Below are positions 8,221-15,976 of a stretch of 24,000 bases of DNA, in pieces. A model generated the notes under the pieces. It had not been told where the DNA came from, did not search any database, and worked only from the letters and a program-made list of their open reading frames with translations. Source of the DNA: an uncultured Planctomicrobium sp. (GTDB lineage Bacteria > Planctomycetota > Planctomycetia > Planctomycetales > Planctomycetaceae); contig CALLWY010000312.1 in NCBI GenBank assembly GCA_938015865.1, positions 1,784-25,783 of the forward strand. Direction: 5' to 3'. Position numbers and translations under genes: made by a program. Every line of letters starts with the position of its first letter. Positions within the stretch are counted from its first letter, which is position 1.

Positions 8221-9735
8221 ATGCTCTGTCTTCCGAATGTTTCTCGCCGGGCCATCATCTTCGGAATCCTCTACTGCACATTATCGCTCTGGGGACTAAC
8301 GGCAGGAGGGACCGAGTTTCCTCCTGTATCCAACCGGGACGAGGCTTCTGAAGGCAGAACAGCCAAAGACAGCAAGTCACCTGCAGCGATCCCTCCTGGT
8401 GAGGACTGGCCGTGCTTTCTTGGTCCGAGACAGAATGGGACGTCTTCCGAGACAGGTCTGTTGAAGACGTGGCCTAAAGCCGGTCCTGCTGTGGTCTGGG
8501 AAATGGAGATTGGAACAGGATACAGCGCTCCCAGCGTCCTCGGCCATCGGCTGGTGTTACATCACAGAATCGGTCGCAATGAAATTGTTGAATGCCTTCA
8601 TGCACGGACTGGAAAACAACTATGGAAGTACGAGTCGCCAAGCTCGTTCCGTGATCCATACGGGTACAACAACGGACCTCGATGTACGCCACTTCTGACC
8701 GAGCATCGCTGTTATACCCTCGGGGCGGAAGGGAGACTGCTGTGTCTCGAACTGGAGACGGGGAAGAAGGTCTGGGAAGTTCTGCTGAAAGAATCCTTCG
8801 ACATCCCTGAGGGCTTTTTCGGAGTAGGAGCGACACCGGTGCTGTGGAAAGGACGGCTGATTGTTGCTGTGGGGGGGCAACCGAATTCCGGGCTGGTCGC
8901 TTTCGATGCAGAAACAGGAAAGGTTCTCTGGCAGAACGTTGGCAAGTCTACGTGGGATGGAGAGAAGACCGACTGGCCCGGGGAATCGGAGTATCGTTGG
9001 GAAGGGGATGAGATGGTTGTCAGTTACTCTTCCCCGATGACCGCAACAATTCATGGTCGCGACCACCTGCTCTGTCTGATGCGACATGGTCTTGTTTCCG
9101 TTGACCCGGAAACGGGACAAGAAAACTTTCACTACTGGTTTCGCTCACGGACTCACGAATCTGTCAATGCGGCGCAGCCTGTCGTTGATGGAGACACGAT
9201 TCTGTTGGGGGCGGCCTACCGCGTTGGAAGCGTCTGTCTTAAGGTGGCTGAAGATGGTCAGAGTGTTGTTCCCCTCTGGCGGGACCGACGCAATCTTTCC
9301 ACTCACTGGTCAACGGCGATCCTGCATCAGGGGTGCTACTTTGGTTTCAGTGGCCGCCATGAGAACGAAGGAATGCTTCAGTGTGTCGATGCCAAAACAG
9401 GAGCGCTGCTTTGGGAAACACCTGGATGGGAGCAGGACATTCAGCTAAGGCAGGATTCCGAAGGAAATGTGATCATTGCCGAGACGGGTGAGCAGATCCC
9501 GTGGCCGTTCTATGGCCGTGCCTCTGCGATTCTGGTGGATGGAATGATGATCATCCTCGCGGAGCGGGGAACGCTCGCGCTGCTCAAGCCCGAACGGGAC
9601 CGATGGAATGAAGTCTCACGGTGTCGAGTTCCGCGCATGAAGTTTCCCTGCTGGACTGCACCAGTTTTCTCGCGCGGGTATTTATACCTGCGATGCGAAG
9701 ATGCACTCGTCTGCCTGAATCTGATGGCTCCATGA
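8221..9735 (+). CDS. Secreted PQQ-like (BamB-like) beta-propeller repeat protein
   Basis: The N-terminal signal-like segment is RRAIIFGILYCTLSLWGLTAGG. WPCFLGPRQNGTSSETGL..WPKAGPAVVWEMEIGTGYSAPSV is followed by repeated G-x-L-x-W/A-x-D-x-x-T-G-K-x-L-W blades (ARTGKQLWKY, LETGKKVWEV, AETGKVLWQN, AKTGALLWET). ATG 8221 has GAGGG 6 nt upstream; GTG 8215 is an alternative start. Confidence 0.8.
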   Translation: MLCLPNVSRRAIIFGILYCTLSLWGLTAGGTEFPPVSNRDEASEGRTAKDSKSPAAIPPGEDWPCFLGPRQNGTSSETGLLKTWPKAGPAVVWEMEIGTGYSAPSVLGHRLVLHHRIGRNEIVECLHARTGKQLWKYESPSSFRDPYGYNNGPRCTPLLTEHRCYTLGAEGRLLCLELETGKKVWEVLLKESFDIPEGFFGVGATPVLWKGRLIVAVGGQPNSGLVAFDAETGKVLWQNVGKSTWDGEKTDWPGESEYRWEGDEMVVSYSSPMTATIHGRDHLLCLMRHGLVSVDPETGQENFHYWFRSRTHESVNAAQPVVDGDTILLGAAYRVGSVCLKVAEDGQSVVPLWRDRRNLSTHWSTAILHQGCYFGFSGRHENEGMLQCVDAKTGALLWETPGWEQDIQLRQDSEGNVIIAETGEQIPWPFYGRASAILVDGMMIILAERGTLALLKPERDRWNEVSRCRVPRMKFPCWTAPVFSRGYLYLRCEDALVCLNLMAP

Positions 9736-9828
9736 CGTGAAAAGATTGGTATGCGAAGGGCTTCGCGGGAAGATCGGAGCGTTCGTGAAAAGTCAAGTCT
9801 TGCAAGGGAATTCTGCAGGTTCAAATTG

Positions 9829-9850
9829 TTGACTGTGGAAGTCAATTTTT
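9829..9850 (+). terminator. Weak hairpin plus T-run downstream of the propeller gene
   Basis: TTGAC (9829-9833) and GTCAA (9841-9845) flank a 7-nt loop and are followed by TTTTT (9846-9850). The stem is short and AT-rich, so confidence is low. Confidence 0.25.
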
Positions 9851-9912
9851 AGTTGGCGAGAAGGTCGATCGATTGCTATAGTCCCATCTTCACACGTCCT
9901 TTCGAACTCTCG

Positions 9913-10140
9913 ATGATTCATATCGAGACCGGAATATTTCCTCAGTCCACTCGGAGAGATCTGGTGCAAGAGCATCTGATTGAATTGTCTGTCGGTGACA
10001 CTATTCAAGTCGGCGAATATCGGGTCACTGTGCTGCAGATCAATGGAGATGAGTTGAGCATCGAAGTGGACGGGGATGGGGGCTATGGCTGGAGCGACGG
10101 GATCACAAGCGAGTTTGCGACCGCTCTGAGCGCGTATTGA
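9913..10140 (+). CDS. Small hypothetical protein with a CsrA-like beta-strand pattern (tentative)
   Basis: The 75-aa ORF starts at ATG 9913; the track's start at 9853 is a TTG. The segment LSVGDTIQVGEYRVTVLQINGDELSIEVD resembles the CsrA core (LxxxVGExIxIGDxIxVxVLxIxGxxVxLGIxAP). The C-terminal AP...R-E-E RNA-binding part is absent. Confidence 0.4.
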   Translation: MIHIETGIFPQSTRRDLVQEHLIELSVGDTIQVGEYRVTVLQINGDELSIEVDGDGGYGWSDGITSEFATALSAY

Positions 10141-10734
10141 TCAGTGGTTGGTCTGGTCACAAATTGAAGGTGTGTCTGTCGCCATGAAGGCACCATTGAT
10201 CGCAAGATGTGACCCAGTCTGTTTGCCTCTGAGCTGAACTGACGTCACCATTTCGCTGGTGGCCTCGCTCCTGTTCCAGAGAGCACACTGCGAGAACCCA
10301 CCCAACGTGAATTGGGATGCTTGAATGAAGCGTCCCATTCCGACTGCGAATGAGATCAGGTTCTCTACAGAGCGGTTTCTGACAACGGGTTCGCTTTACG
10401 GAGAAGGAGCACACTCGTTGCCTCTCCAAGACCGGATTCCCCGGCATGGTTCGCTGGATGATTGCTCCCTGCGACGCTGAATCCCTCGAACTGCCTCTCT
10501 TCAGGCCTTCTTCGATTCGGAGATTCCTCACTGCGGGGGGATCTGCCCAGGCGACCGAGTAAGTTGGAGAGGAACTCAATCCAATTGAATCAATGGGGGC
10601 AAGTCCATTGCTTCAATGGTTGCTGACGCGAGGCCGGATACAGACAACCTCCGGTTGAACCCCACAACGGACTCAACGTTCCTTCAGGCACTCCGGAATC
10701 GGTACCGGCATCGTGTGCTATACGATCGCAGTCA

Positions 10735-11337
10735 TCAATAGCGTCGAATCACGCTCTGGAGAACGCCGAGGACTTCGACATTGTCGCTGATAATGGGTTT
10801 CATCGACGAATTCGAAGGTTCAAGACGAAACCGGCCATTCTCCCGATAGATGCGTTTCAGAGTTGCATCTTCGCCGTCCACCAAAGCGGCAACAATCTCT
10901 CCATCGCGTGCTGTCGACTGACGGCGGATGATGGCATAGTCGCCGTCGGTGATGTGGTCCTCAATCATCGAGTCTCCACGAACGCGGAGGCAGAAGAGTT
11001 CCTCATCCTCAAAGAGGTCACCAAAGTCCACATGCTCACGTTGCTCGACCGCAAGGACGGGTGTTCCTGCTGCAATCTGTCCTGCAAAGGGGAGGCTGGT
11101 CTTGCCGCGTCGGACCGATTCATTCAACTGAATGGCACGGGACATATTGGATTCGCGCGTGATCAGCCCTTTCTTCTCCAGTGCCTTCAGGTGGCACATG
11201 ACTCCATTGGGAGAGCGAATCCCGAAATGTGTCCCGATCTCCCGCACGGTCGGTCCGTATCCACGGTTCAGGATCCGGTCCTTGAGAAACTCATAAATGA
11301 GCTGCTGACGTTTGGTGAGTTTGATCTGATCAGACAT
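10735..11337 (-). CDS. lexA: SOS repressor LexA (S24 autopeptidase)
   Basis: Starting from ATG 11337 gives MSDQIKLTKRQQLIYEFLKDRILNRGYGPTVREIGTHFGIRSPNGVMCHLKALEKKGLI, a winged HTH. The protein also has the Ala-Gly cleavage region GQIAAGTP, the catalytic Ser in RGDSM and the catalytic Lys in TLKR. The result is 201 aa, the normal LexA size. The track's 83-aa N-terminal extension is low-complexity and was not adopted. Confidence 0.92.
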   Translation of the reverse strand: MSDQIKLTKRQQLIYEFLKDRILNRGYGPTVREIGTHFGIRSPNGVMCHLKALEKKGLITRESNMSRAIQLNESVRRGKTSLPFAGQIAAGTPVLAVEQREHVDFGDLFEDEELFCLRVRGDSMIEDHITDGDYAIIRRQSTARDGEIVAALVDGEDATLKRIYRENGRFRLEPSNSSMKPIISDNVEVLGVLQSVIRRY

Positions 11338-11747
11338 GGGACCACTCCATTGAAAATGACTACCAGGAAATCCAAATCGGGCAGCTCTGGCACCGGATGT
11401 TTTCCGACGGATCACCAAGGCTGAACCGGCTGGATCCAGCGTCGTGGGCGTCGGCGAAGATGTAAAACCCTTGTCCCGTCTGGTGACTCCAGTCTCACCT
11501 GTAACGGTCCCCAACCCGTTCGTGTCACTATCGGGGCAAGATCCAGACAATGAGAGACGCTGGTTGAGGGAGAAAACACTCTGCAAATCAATGACCTCAA
11601 ACGACTCACGGGGTGAGGCAGGAAGGTCGATTGGAGCAAACTGAGCGCTTTCAGGTGATCTTACACCATCTGTTCACAATATACCAATGTGCAATGTTCA
11701 GGTGTACCCTATTTGGGGGTTTCTGGCAGGGAACTTGAATCTTTTTC

Positions 11748-11781
11748 AAAAAACAGTCGCCGACGAAGTGATAACGTCGGC
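11748..11781 (-). terminator. Terminator-like hairpin on the minus strand inside the lexA / DUF1207-like divergent spacer
   Basis: On the minus strand, GCCGACG (11781-11775), a 9-nt loop and CGTCGGC (11765-11759) are followed by gactg and TTTTTT (11753-11748). No annotated minus-strand gene ends here. Confidence 0.35.
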
Positions 11782-11949
11782 ACAATCGATACAGGCAGCA
11801 CAAGACGCACCAGGGGCAAAATTCGAATCGTTCGGAGAACCGTTGTATCAGATTTCTACCGCAGAACCTGTCGATAGCTGATTGCCAGCAGTTTGCTGAC
11901 AGCCCTTCAACCCCGGCGGAGACGTCGAAACAGGAGGCAATCACTTCCG

Positions 11950-12990
11950 ATGTTGAGTACGACAGGTTACCGACTGAGCCTGTATATCGCTGTCTTTCTT
12001 GTGTCCGCGTCAACACTTCGTGCGGAATCAGACTGGATCGCCCCCGGCGCATTCATTGACTGGCCGGAATCGCTGAAGGAAATCGAGAAGCCGCAAAATT
12101 TTCCTCCTGAGTCTTCAGGAGTCCTCCAGGCGCAATTTCTACCAGAGCCGATCCCGGAACCGATCCAGCTCGAAGCGGTTCATGTCCCTGAACCGTTGCC
12201 GATCACCGCTCACCAGCTGGATCAGGTCGGAACGTATACGTGGCAACTGCTTCCCGAAGGGCTGCTTTACCACAACTATCTCGCCGGGGAGAAAGAGCCG
12301 CGAACAGCAGCGACATGGCTGTACGAACGAAACCGCGGTCTGATCTGGGAGGCTGCGGTCGGATCCCGATGGGGACTGTTGCGCCACGGAACGCAAGGGA
12401 CCGATGCGGAAGGATTCCAGTTCGATGTCGAAGGGGGGGCTCTTGTTCGCATCGATCCTGAGGCGGAATCCGATCTGGAGGCAGCTGATTTCCGGGCCGG
12501 GTTTGTCTTGACATGGAGAGAAGGCCCGTGGCGATGGAAAACCGGTTACTATCACATCAGCTGTCACGTCGGGGATGAATTCCAGATCCGGAATCCAACC
12601 TATCAGCGGGTCAACTACGTTCGGGACTCAATTCTGTTCGGGACGACCTATGATTTCACTCCGGAATTTCAGGGGTACGGCGAAATTGCCTTCGCTCTGG
12701 GAACTGGAGGAGGGGCTGAGCCGGTCGAGCTTCAGTTCGGCCTGCAGTATTCCCCGGCCTGCGGGACCGGTTGGCGCGGTGCTCCGTTTGCCGCGATCAA
12801 TGGTCACCTGCGTCAGGAACTGCGGTTTGGTGGAAGTGTGAACGTCGAGGCGGGGTGGGCCTGGCGTGGAGGACGCTCGAACTCCCTGTTTCGCGCCGGC
12901 TTCCAGCACTACAACGGAAACTCGATGCAGTGGTCCTTTGTGGACAGATACGAATCGCTGACCGGTGGGGGAATCTGGTTCGATTTCTGA
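11950..12990 (+). CDS. Secreted DUF1207-like protein, probable outer-membrane beta-barrel (tentative family call)
   Basis: ATG 11950 gives the signal peptide MLSTTGYRLSLYIAVFLVSASTLRAES. Alternating amphipathic strands follow. The YYHISCHVGDEF block is one I associate with DUF1207 (PVC-group proteins). The C-terminus GGGIWFDF ends in an aromatic residue, like an OMP beta-signal. The track's start at 11893 is a TTG. Confidence 0.7.
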   Translation: MLSTTGYRLSLYIAVFLVSASTLRAESDWIAPGAFIDWPESLKEIEKPQNFPPESSGVLQAQFLPEPIPEPIQLEAVHVPEPLPITAHQLDQVGTYTWQLLPEGLLYHNYLAGEKEPRTAATWLYERNRGLIWEAAVGSRWGLLRHGTQGTDAEGFQFDVEGGALVRIDPEAESDLEAADFRAGFVLTWREGPWRWKTGYYHISCHVGDEFQIRNPTYQRVNYVRDSILFGTTYDFTPEFQGYGEIAFALGTGGGAEPVELQFGLQYSPACGTGWRGAPFAAINGHLRQELRFGGSVNVEAGWAWRGGRSNSLFRAGFQHYNGNSMQWSFVDRYESLTGGGIWFDF

Positions 12991-12997
12991 CGAGCAG

Positions 12998-13052
12998 ATG
13001 TCTTGTCATTACAGACATACGCCCACAGGAGAACGCACAATTCTCCTGTGGG
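12998..13052. terminator. Tandem hairpins between convergent genes (possible bidirectional terminator)
   Basis: The first hairpin is ATGTCT (12998-13003) / AGACAT (13013-13018). The second is a perfect 12-bp stem, CCCACAGGAGAA (13022-13033) / TTCTCCTGTGGG (13041-13052), with a 7-nt loop. There is no U-tract on either side. Confidence 0.45.
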
Positions 13053-13104
13053 ACGTCGGGCGAGGTCGTATTGTTGAACATCCCTCTTCTGCGCGCTGCT
13101 GCCA

Positions 13105-14523
13105 TTACAGGCACAGCAGGAACGCCACCAGATCCGCCTTCTCTTCCTGAGTCAGTTTCAAGCCGAGGACAAGGTTGAAGAACTCGACCGTGTCATCGAG
13201 TGTCAGGAGTCGGCCATCATGATGGTACGGGGGTGAATCCTTGATCCCTCGAAGCGTAAAGGTCTTGATGGGACCATCTGCGATGTTGTGTTGACCAAGG
13301 ATGACTTCGGGGGTGTAGAACCGCTCAAGTTTCAGGTCATGCATCTTGTCATCCGTGAAGAATGGTCCTGCATGGCAGACGGCACACTTCGCCTTGCCGT
13401 GAAAGAGTTCTTCGCCCCGCAACTCCTGCGGAGTGGCTTTTTCGGGGATCAGCCGTCCGGTCACATCCAGTTTTGGGGCGGGGGGAAAATCAAACAGGTT
13501 CTGCATCTGGGCCATCATGGCGACCTGTGATGCCCGGTCCGGCAGATTCACTCCCTTCTTTGCTGCAATGACGTGATCTCCATCGAAATACGCTGTCCGC
13601 TGTTCAAACTCGGAGAAATCCTCGATCGAACGAAGTGACCTCTTCGACCCGTGGATCTGCTGATTGAACATCCCCCGCAGGCTGACCGTGTCCAGACGCA
13701 TACGGTCAGCCTGCGGACGGGTATCCGGATTCAGGTGAAATGCTGCATTCGTGTGGCCATTGGTATGACAGTCCAGGCAGCTGACCCCCAGTTCCGCTTT
13801 CTTCGATTTGCGATCCCCTGTCTGGTTGAATTGCTGTTGCGGGAACGGAGTTAACAGGAGACGCATCCCTTCCATCTGAACGGGAGTGATTTTTCCTTCG
13901 AGAAGTTCAAAGTAATTTCGGATGGTCAGAACCTGTCCCTTCGTGACATCCCCCAGTTCGGGGTGTGTAGTCAGGAACAGGGGAGGCGGATATTCAGGAG
14001 TGAGGTGCTTGGGAATATTGAATTCGATGTCAAAACGTTCGAGGTCCCGCCCTTCCATCTCCCGAATGGCGTTGATCTGCTCGGGCGGAAAGACCATCCC
14101 ACCGACGGCATGTTTATTATGAGGGAGAGGCCGGAAACCGGCCGGGAAGACATTCTTCTCCTTGATTTCTTCCGGCGTCATCTCAGCGAGTTGTTCCCAG
14201 TTCGCATTCGGAAATGGTCGAACACGCACTCCCCTTTGAACCGCTTTACGACCTCCCGACATCATGACGTTGCCCGGTTTGTCGCTCAGGTCGTATCGCT
14301 GATTCATCAGGTCATTGATCGCCTGCTGTACAGCAGGTTTGTCGGCAATGTCCTGTTGCATCACTTCAGAAAAAGGACGATCTGGAACAACCGGCATGTA
14401 GGTTTGCGGCTCTGGTCGTTCCTGTGCCTGAGCGGAGCGGCTCAAGAGTCCGACGGTACTTTGTAGGGTGACAATGACGATGAATCCGCTGAGATATTGC
14501 AGCACGGCCCTTGTCGTCTTCAT
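13105..14523 (-). CDS. Di-haem cytochrome c peroxidase family protein (CCP/MauG-like) with a long N-terminal extension
   Basis: There are two CxxCH haem sites, CLDCH and CAVCH, and a C-terminal block DSPPYHHDGRLLTLDDTVEFFN like the CCP P-Y-x-H-D-G-x-x-x-T-L-E-E-x-V-x-F motif. The signal peptide MKTTRAVLQYLSGFIVIVTLQSTVGLLSRSAQAQE follows from ATG 14523, which has GGGAGA upstream. Confidence 0.88.
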   Translation of the reverse strand: MKTTRAVLQYLSGFIVIVTLQSTVGLLSRSAQAQERPEPQTYMPVVPDRPFSEVMQQDIADKPAVQQAINDLMNQRYDLSDKPGNVMMSGGRKAVQRGVRVRPFPNANWEQLAEMTPEEIKEKNVFPAGFRPLPHNKHAVGGMVFPPEQINAIREMEGRDLERFDIEFNIPKHLTPEYPPPLFLTTHPELGDVTKGQVLTIRNYFELLEGKITPVQMEGMRLLLTPFPQQQFNQTGDRKSKKAELGVSCLDCHTNGHTNAAFHLNPDTRPQADRMRLDTVSLRGMFNQQIHGSKRSLRSIEDFSEFEQRTAYFDGDHVIAAKKGVNLPDRASQVAMMAQMQNLFDFPPAPKLDVTGRLIPEKATPQELRGEELFHGKAKCAVCHAGPFFTDDKMHDLKLERFYTPEVILGQHNIADGPIKTFTLRGIKDSPPYHHDGRLLTLDDTVEFFNLVLGLKLTQEEKADLVAFLLCL

Positions 14524-14822
14524 GGTGGTGTTCTCCCGATGAACCATTCAACCTGCCTCATGTGACCGGGACCCGGCCAAACTCTCTTCAATATCCCAGC
14601 GAAAAAACGAATGGAAAGAGGGGGCTTGTTCATTTTTTCTGATTGAGACCGAATCGCGGTCAGGTGTGGAGAACGGACACTTGAACCACTGACGAAACGC
14701 CATAGACGTATGATGGGGAACTCCGTATTTTGAATGTCCCCTGGCTGCCCCCCGGATTTCTGCCGGGAAAATGGAACTCTGCCAGATCTCCTGACACCCC
14801 GGCAGTCGGCTTTTGTTGTGCT

Positions 14823-15734
14823 ATGAGTGAACCTGTATATCGTGTGCAACTGGATCTGTTCACAGGTCCGCTTGACCTGCTGCTCTATCTGGTGCGGCGG
14901 GAAGAGCTGGATATTTTGAACCTCCCTATTGCCCGGATCACTCAACAGTTTCATGAATTTCTCGATGTGCTCCAGCAGCTCGATCTCGATCTGGCTGGGG
15001 ACTTCGTGGTCATGGCCAGTACGCTTGTGGAGATCAAGAGCCGGAGTGTCTTGCCGAATCAGGAGGAAGAGACGGACGAACAGCCTGTTGTGCCGTCAGG
15101 GGCAGACCCCAAGTCAGATTTGATTCGACAGCTGCTGGAGTACAAGCAGTTCAAAGAGGCGGCGACATCGTTGGAAGAGCATGCCCTTCAATGGCAGGAG
15201 CGATACCCTCGACTGTCCGACGAACGCCCCTCCTCCGGGAAGAACCCGGCCGCGGACCGTATCAAGGAAGTGGAGCTGTGGGACCTCGTCAGTGCGCTGG
15301 GCCGCGTGTTGAAACGGGAGGATATCGAAGGAAATACCACCGTCCGGTACGACGAGACCCCCCTTCAGACTTATGTCGATCAGATTGGCGCTCACATTCG
15401 GAAAACCGGCGGAATCAAGTTCTCATCCCTGTTCGATCGGGAGACGATCCGAAGCAAGATTATCGGGATGTTTCTTGCCATTCTGGAACTGATTCGCCAC
15501 CACGGATTCCGTTGCCGTCAGGAAGCAGATTTCGACGAGATCTATTTGCTTCCCCCAGAAGATTCACCGGAAGAATCCCCTGAGCAGGAGGCGGGTGAAT
15601 CAGAAACCGGGCCAGATCCGGCTCCACAGGATCGGCTCAAACTTCTGAGTACAGAAGAAGAACCGGAGACATCTGAAGCTCTCGAAGATGGGGCCAGTGA
15701 TTCGGAACAGAATGGCTCCAGCGCCGCAGAGTAG
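14823..15734 (+). CDS. scpA: Segregation and condensation protein A (SMC kleisin ScpA)
   Basis: YRVQLDLFTGPLDLLLYLVRREELDILNLPIARITQQFHEFL matches the ScpA N-terminal signature (F-x-GPLDLLLxLI....D-I..I....I..QY). The C-terminus has a winged-helix-like part and an acidic tail. ATG 14823 was chosen over the track's upstream start. Confidence 0.88.
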   Translation: MSEPVYRVQLDLFTGPLDLLLYLVRREELDILNLPIARITQQFHEFLDVLQQLDLDLAGDFVVMASTLVEIKSRSVLPNQEEETDEQPVVPSGADPKSDLIRQLLEYKQFKEAATSLEEHALQWQERYPRLSDERPSSGKNPAADRIKEVELWDLVSALGRVLKREDIEGNTTVRYDETPLQTYVDQIGAHIRKTGGIKFSSLFDRETIRSKIIGMFLAILELIRHHGFRCRQEADFDEIYLLPPEDSPEESPEQEAGESETGPDPAPQDRLKLLSTEEEPETSEALEDGASDSEQNGSSAAE

Positions 15735-15829
15735 GCTCGCCCGGCAGGCTCTCATTGCTCGTTTAAGTGAGAGAACGGGCACGAAGTCTTTCTGCTGAAG
15801 TCGATTTGAGAGGTCGGACGGTCGACAAA

Positions 15830-15976
15830 ATGGCTCAGAATCTGGAGAGTGTGGCCAATTCCCCAAAGGAAAAGACTCCCCTCCATCCGGTGGCAGAGCG
15901 TTTCAAGAGACTGCTATACTTGGGGATTCCAGGAAGGATCGTCGACGACTTCGAAAGAGACGGATTCAATGAGTAA
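15830..15976 (+). CDS. Possible 48-aa ORF overlapping the lepB start (hypothetical)
   Basis: The peptide is MAQNLESVANSPKEKTPLHPVAERFKRLLYLGIPGRIVDDFERDGFNE. Its TAA stop (15974-15976) overlaps the lepB ATG (15969) by 8 nt, a geometry typical of coupled genes. I recognise no family. Confidence 0.25.
   Translation: MAQNLESVANSPKEKTPLHPVAERFKRLLYLGIPGRIVDDFERDGFNE

Noticed and set aside
10157-10579. 140-aa minus-strand ORF downstream of lexA
   Set aside because: It has a TTG start, about 5% Cys, and a composition rich in Arg, Ser and Trp with no recognisable domain. I do not annotate it as a CDS. The region is flagged as a finding because translation cannot be excluded.
10590-10660. Possible RNase P RNA, based on GGGGCAAGTCC and ACAGACAACCTCCGG resembling the P4 strands
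   Set aside because: The two segments are only about 50 nt apart and are not complementary in the way P4 requires. The other conserved RNase P blocks are absent. I also saw no tmRNA tag-reading frame and no SRP GGAAG/AGCAG motif.
11338-11586. 83-aa N-terminal extension of the lexA ORF as listed in the track
   Set aside because: The extension is low-complexity (Ser/Thr/Gly/Pro/Arg) and would make LexA about 80 aa longer than usual. ATG 11337 gives a canonical MSDQ...HTH N-terminus and a normal 201-aa protein.
11651-12052. 133-aa minus-strand ORF in the lexA / DUF1207-like spacer
   Set aside because: It overlaps the signal-peptide-encoding start of the plus-strand gene and the repeat cluster. 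Its product is rich in Cys and Arg with no motifs.
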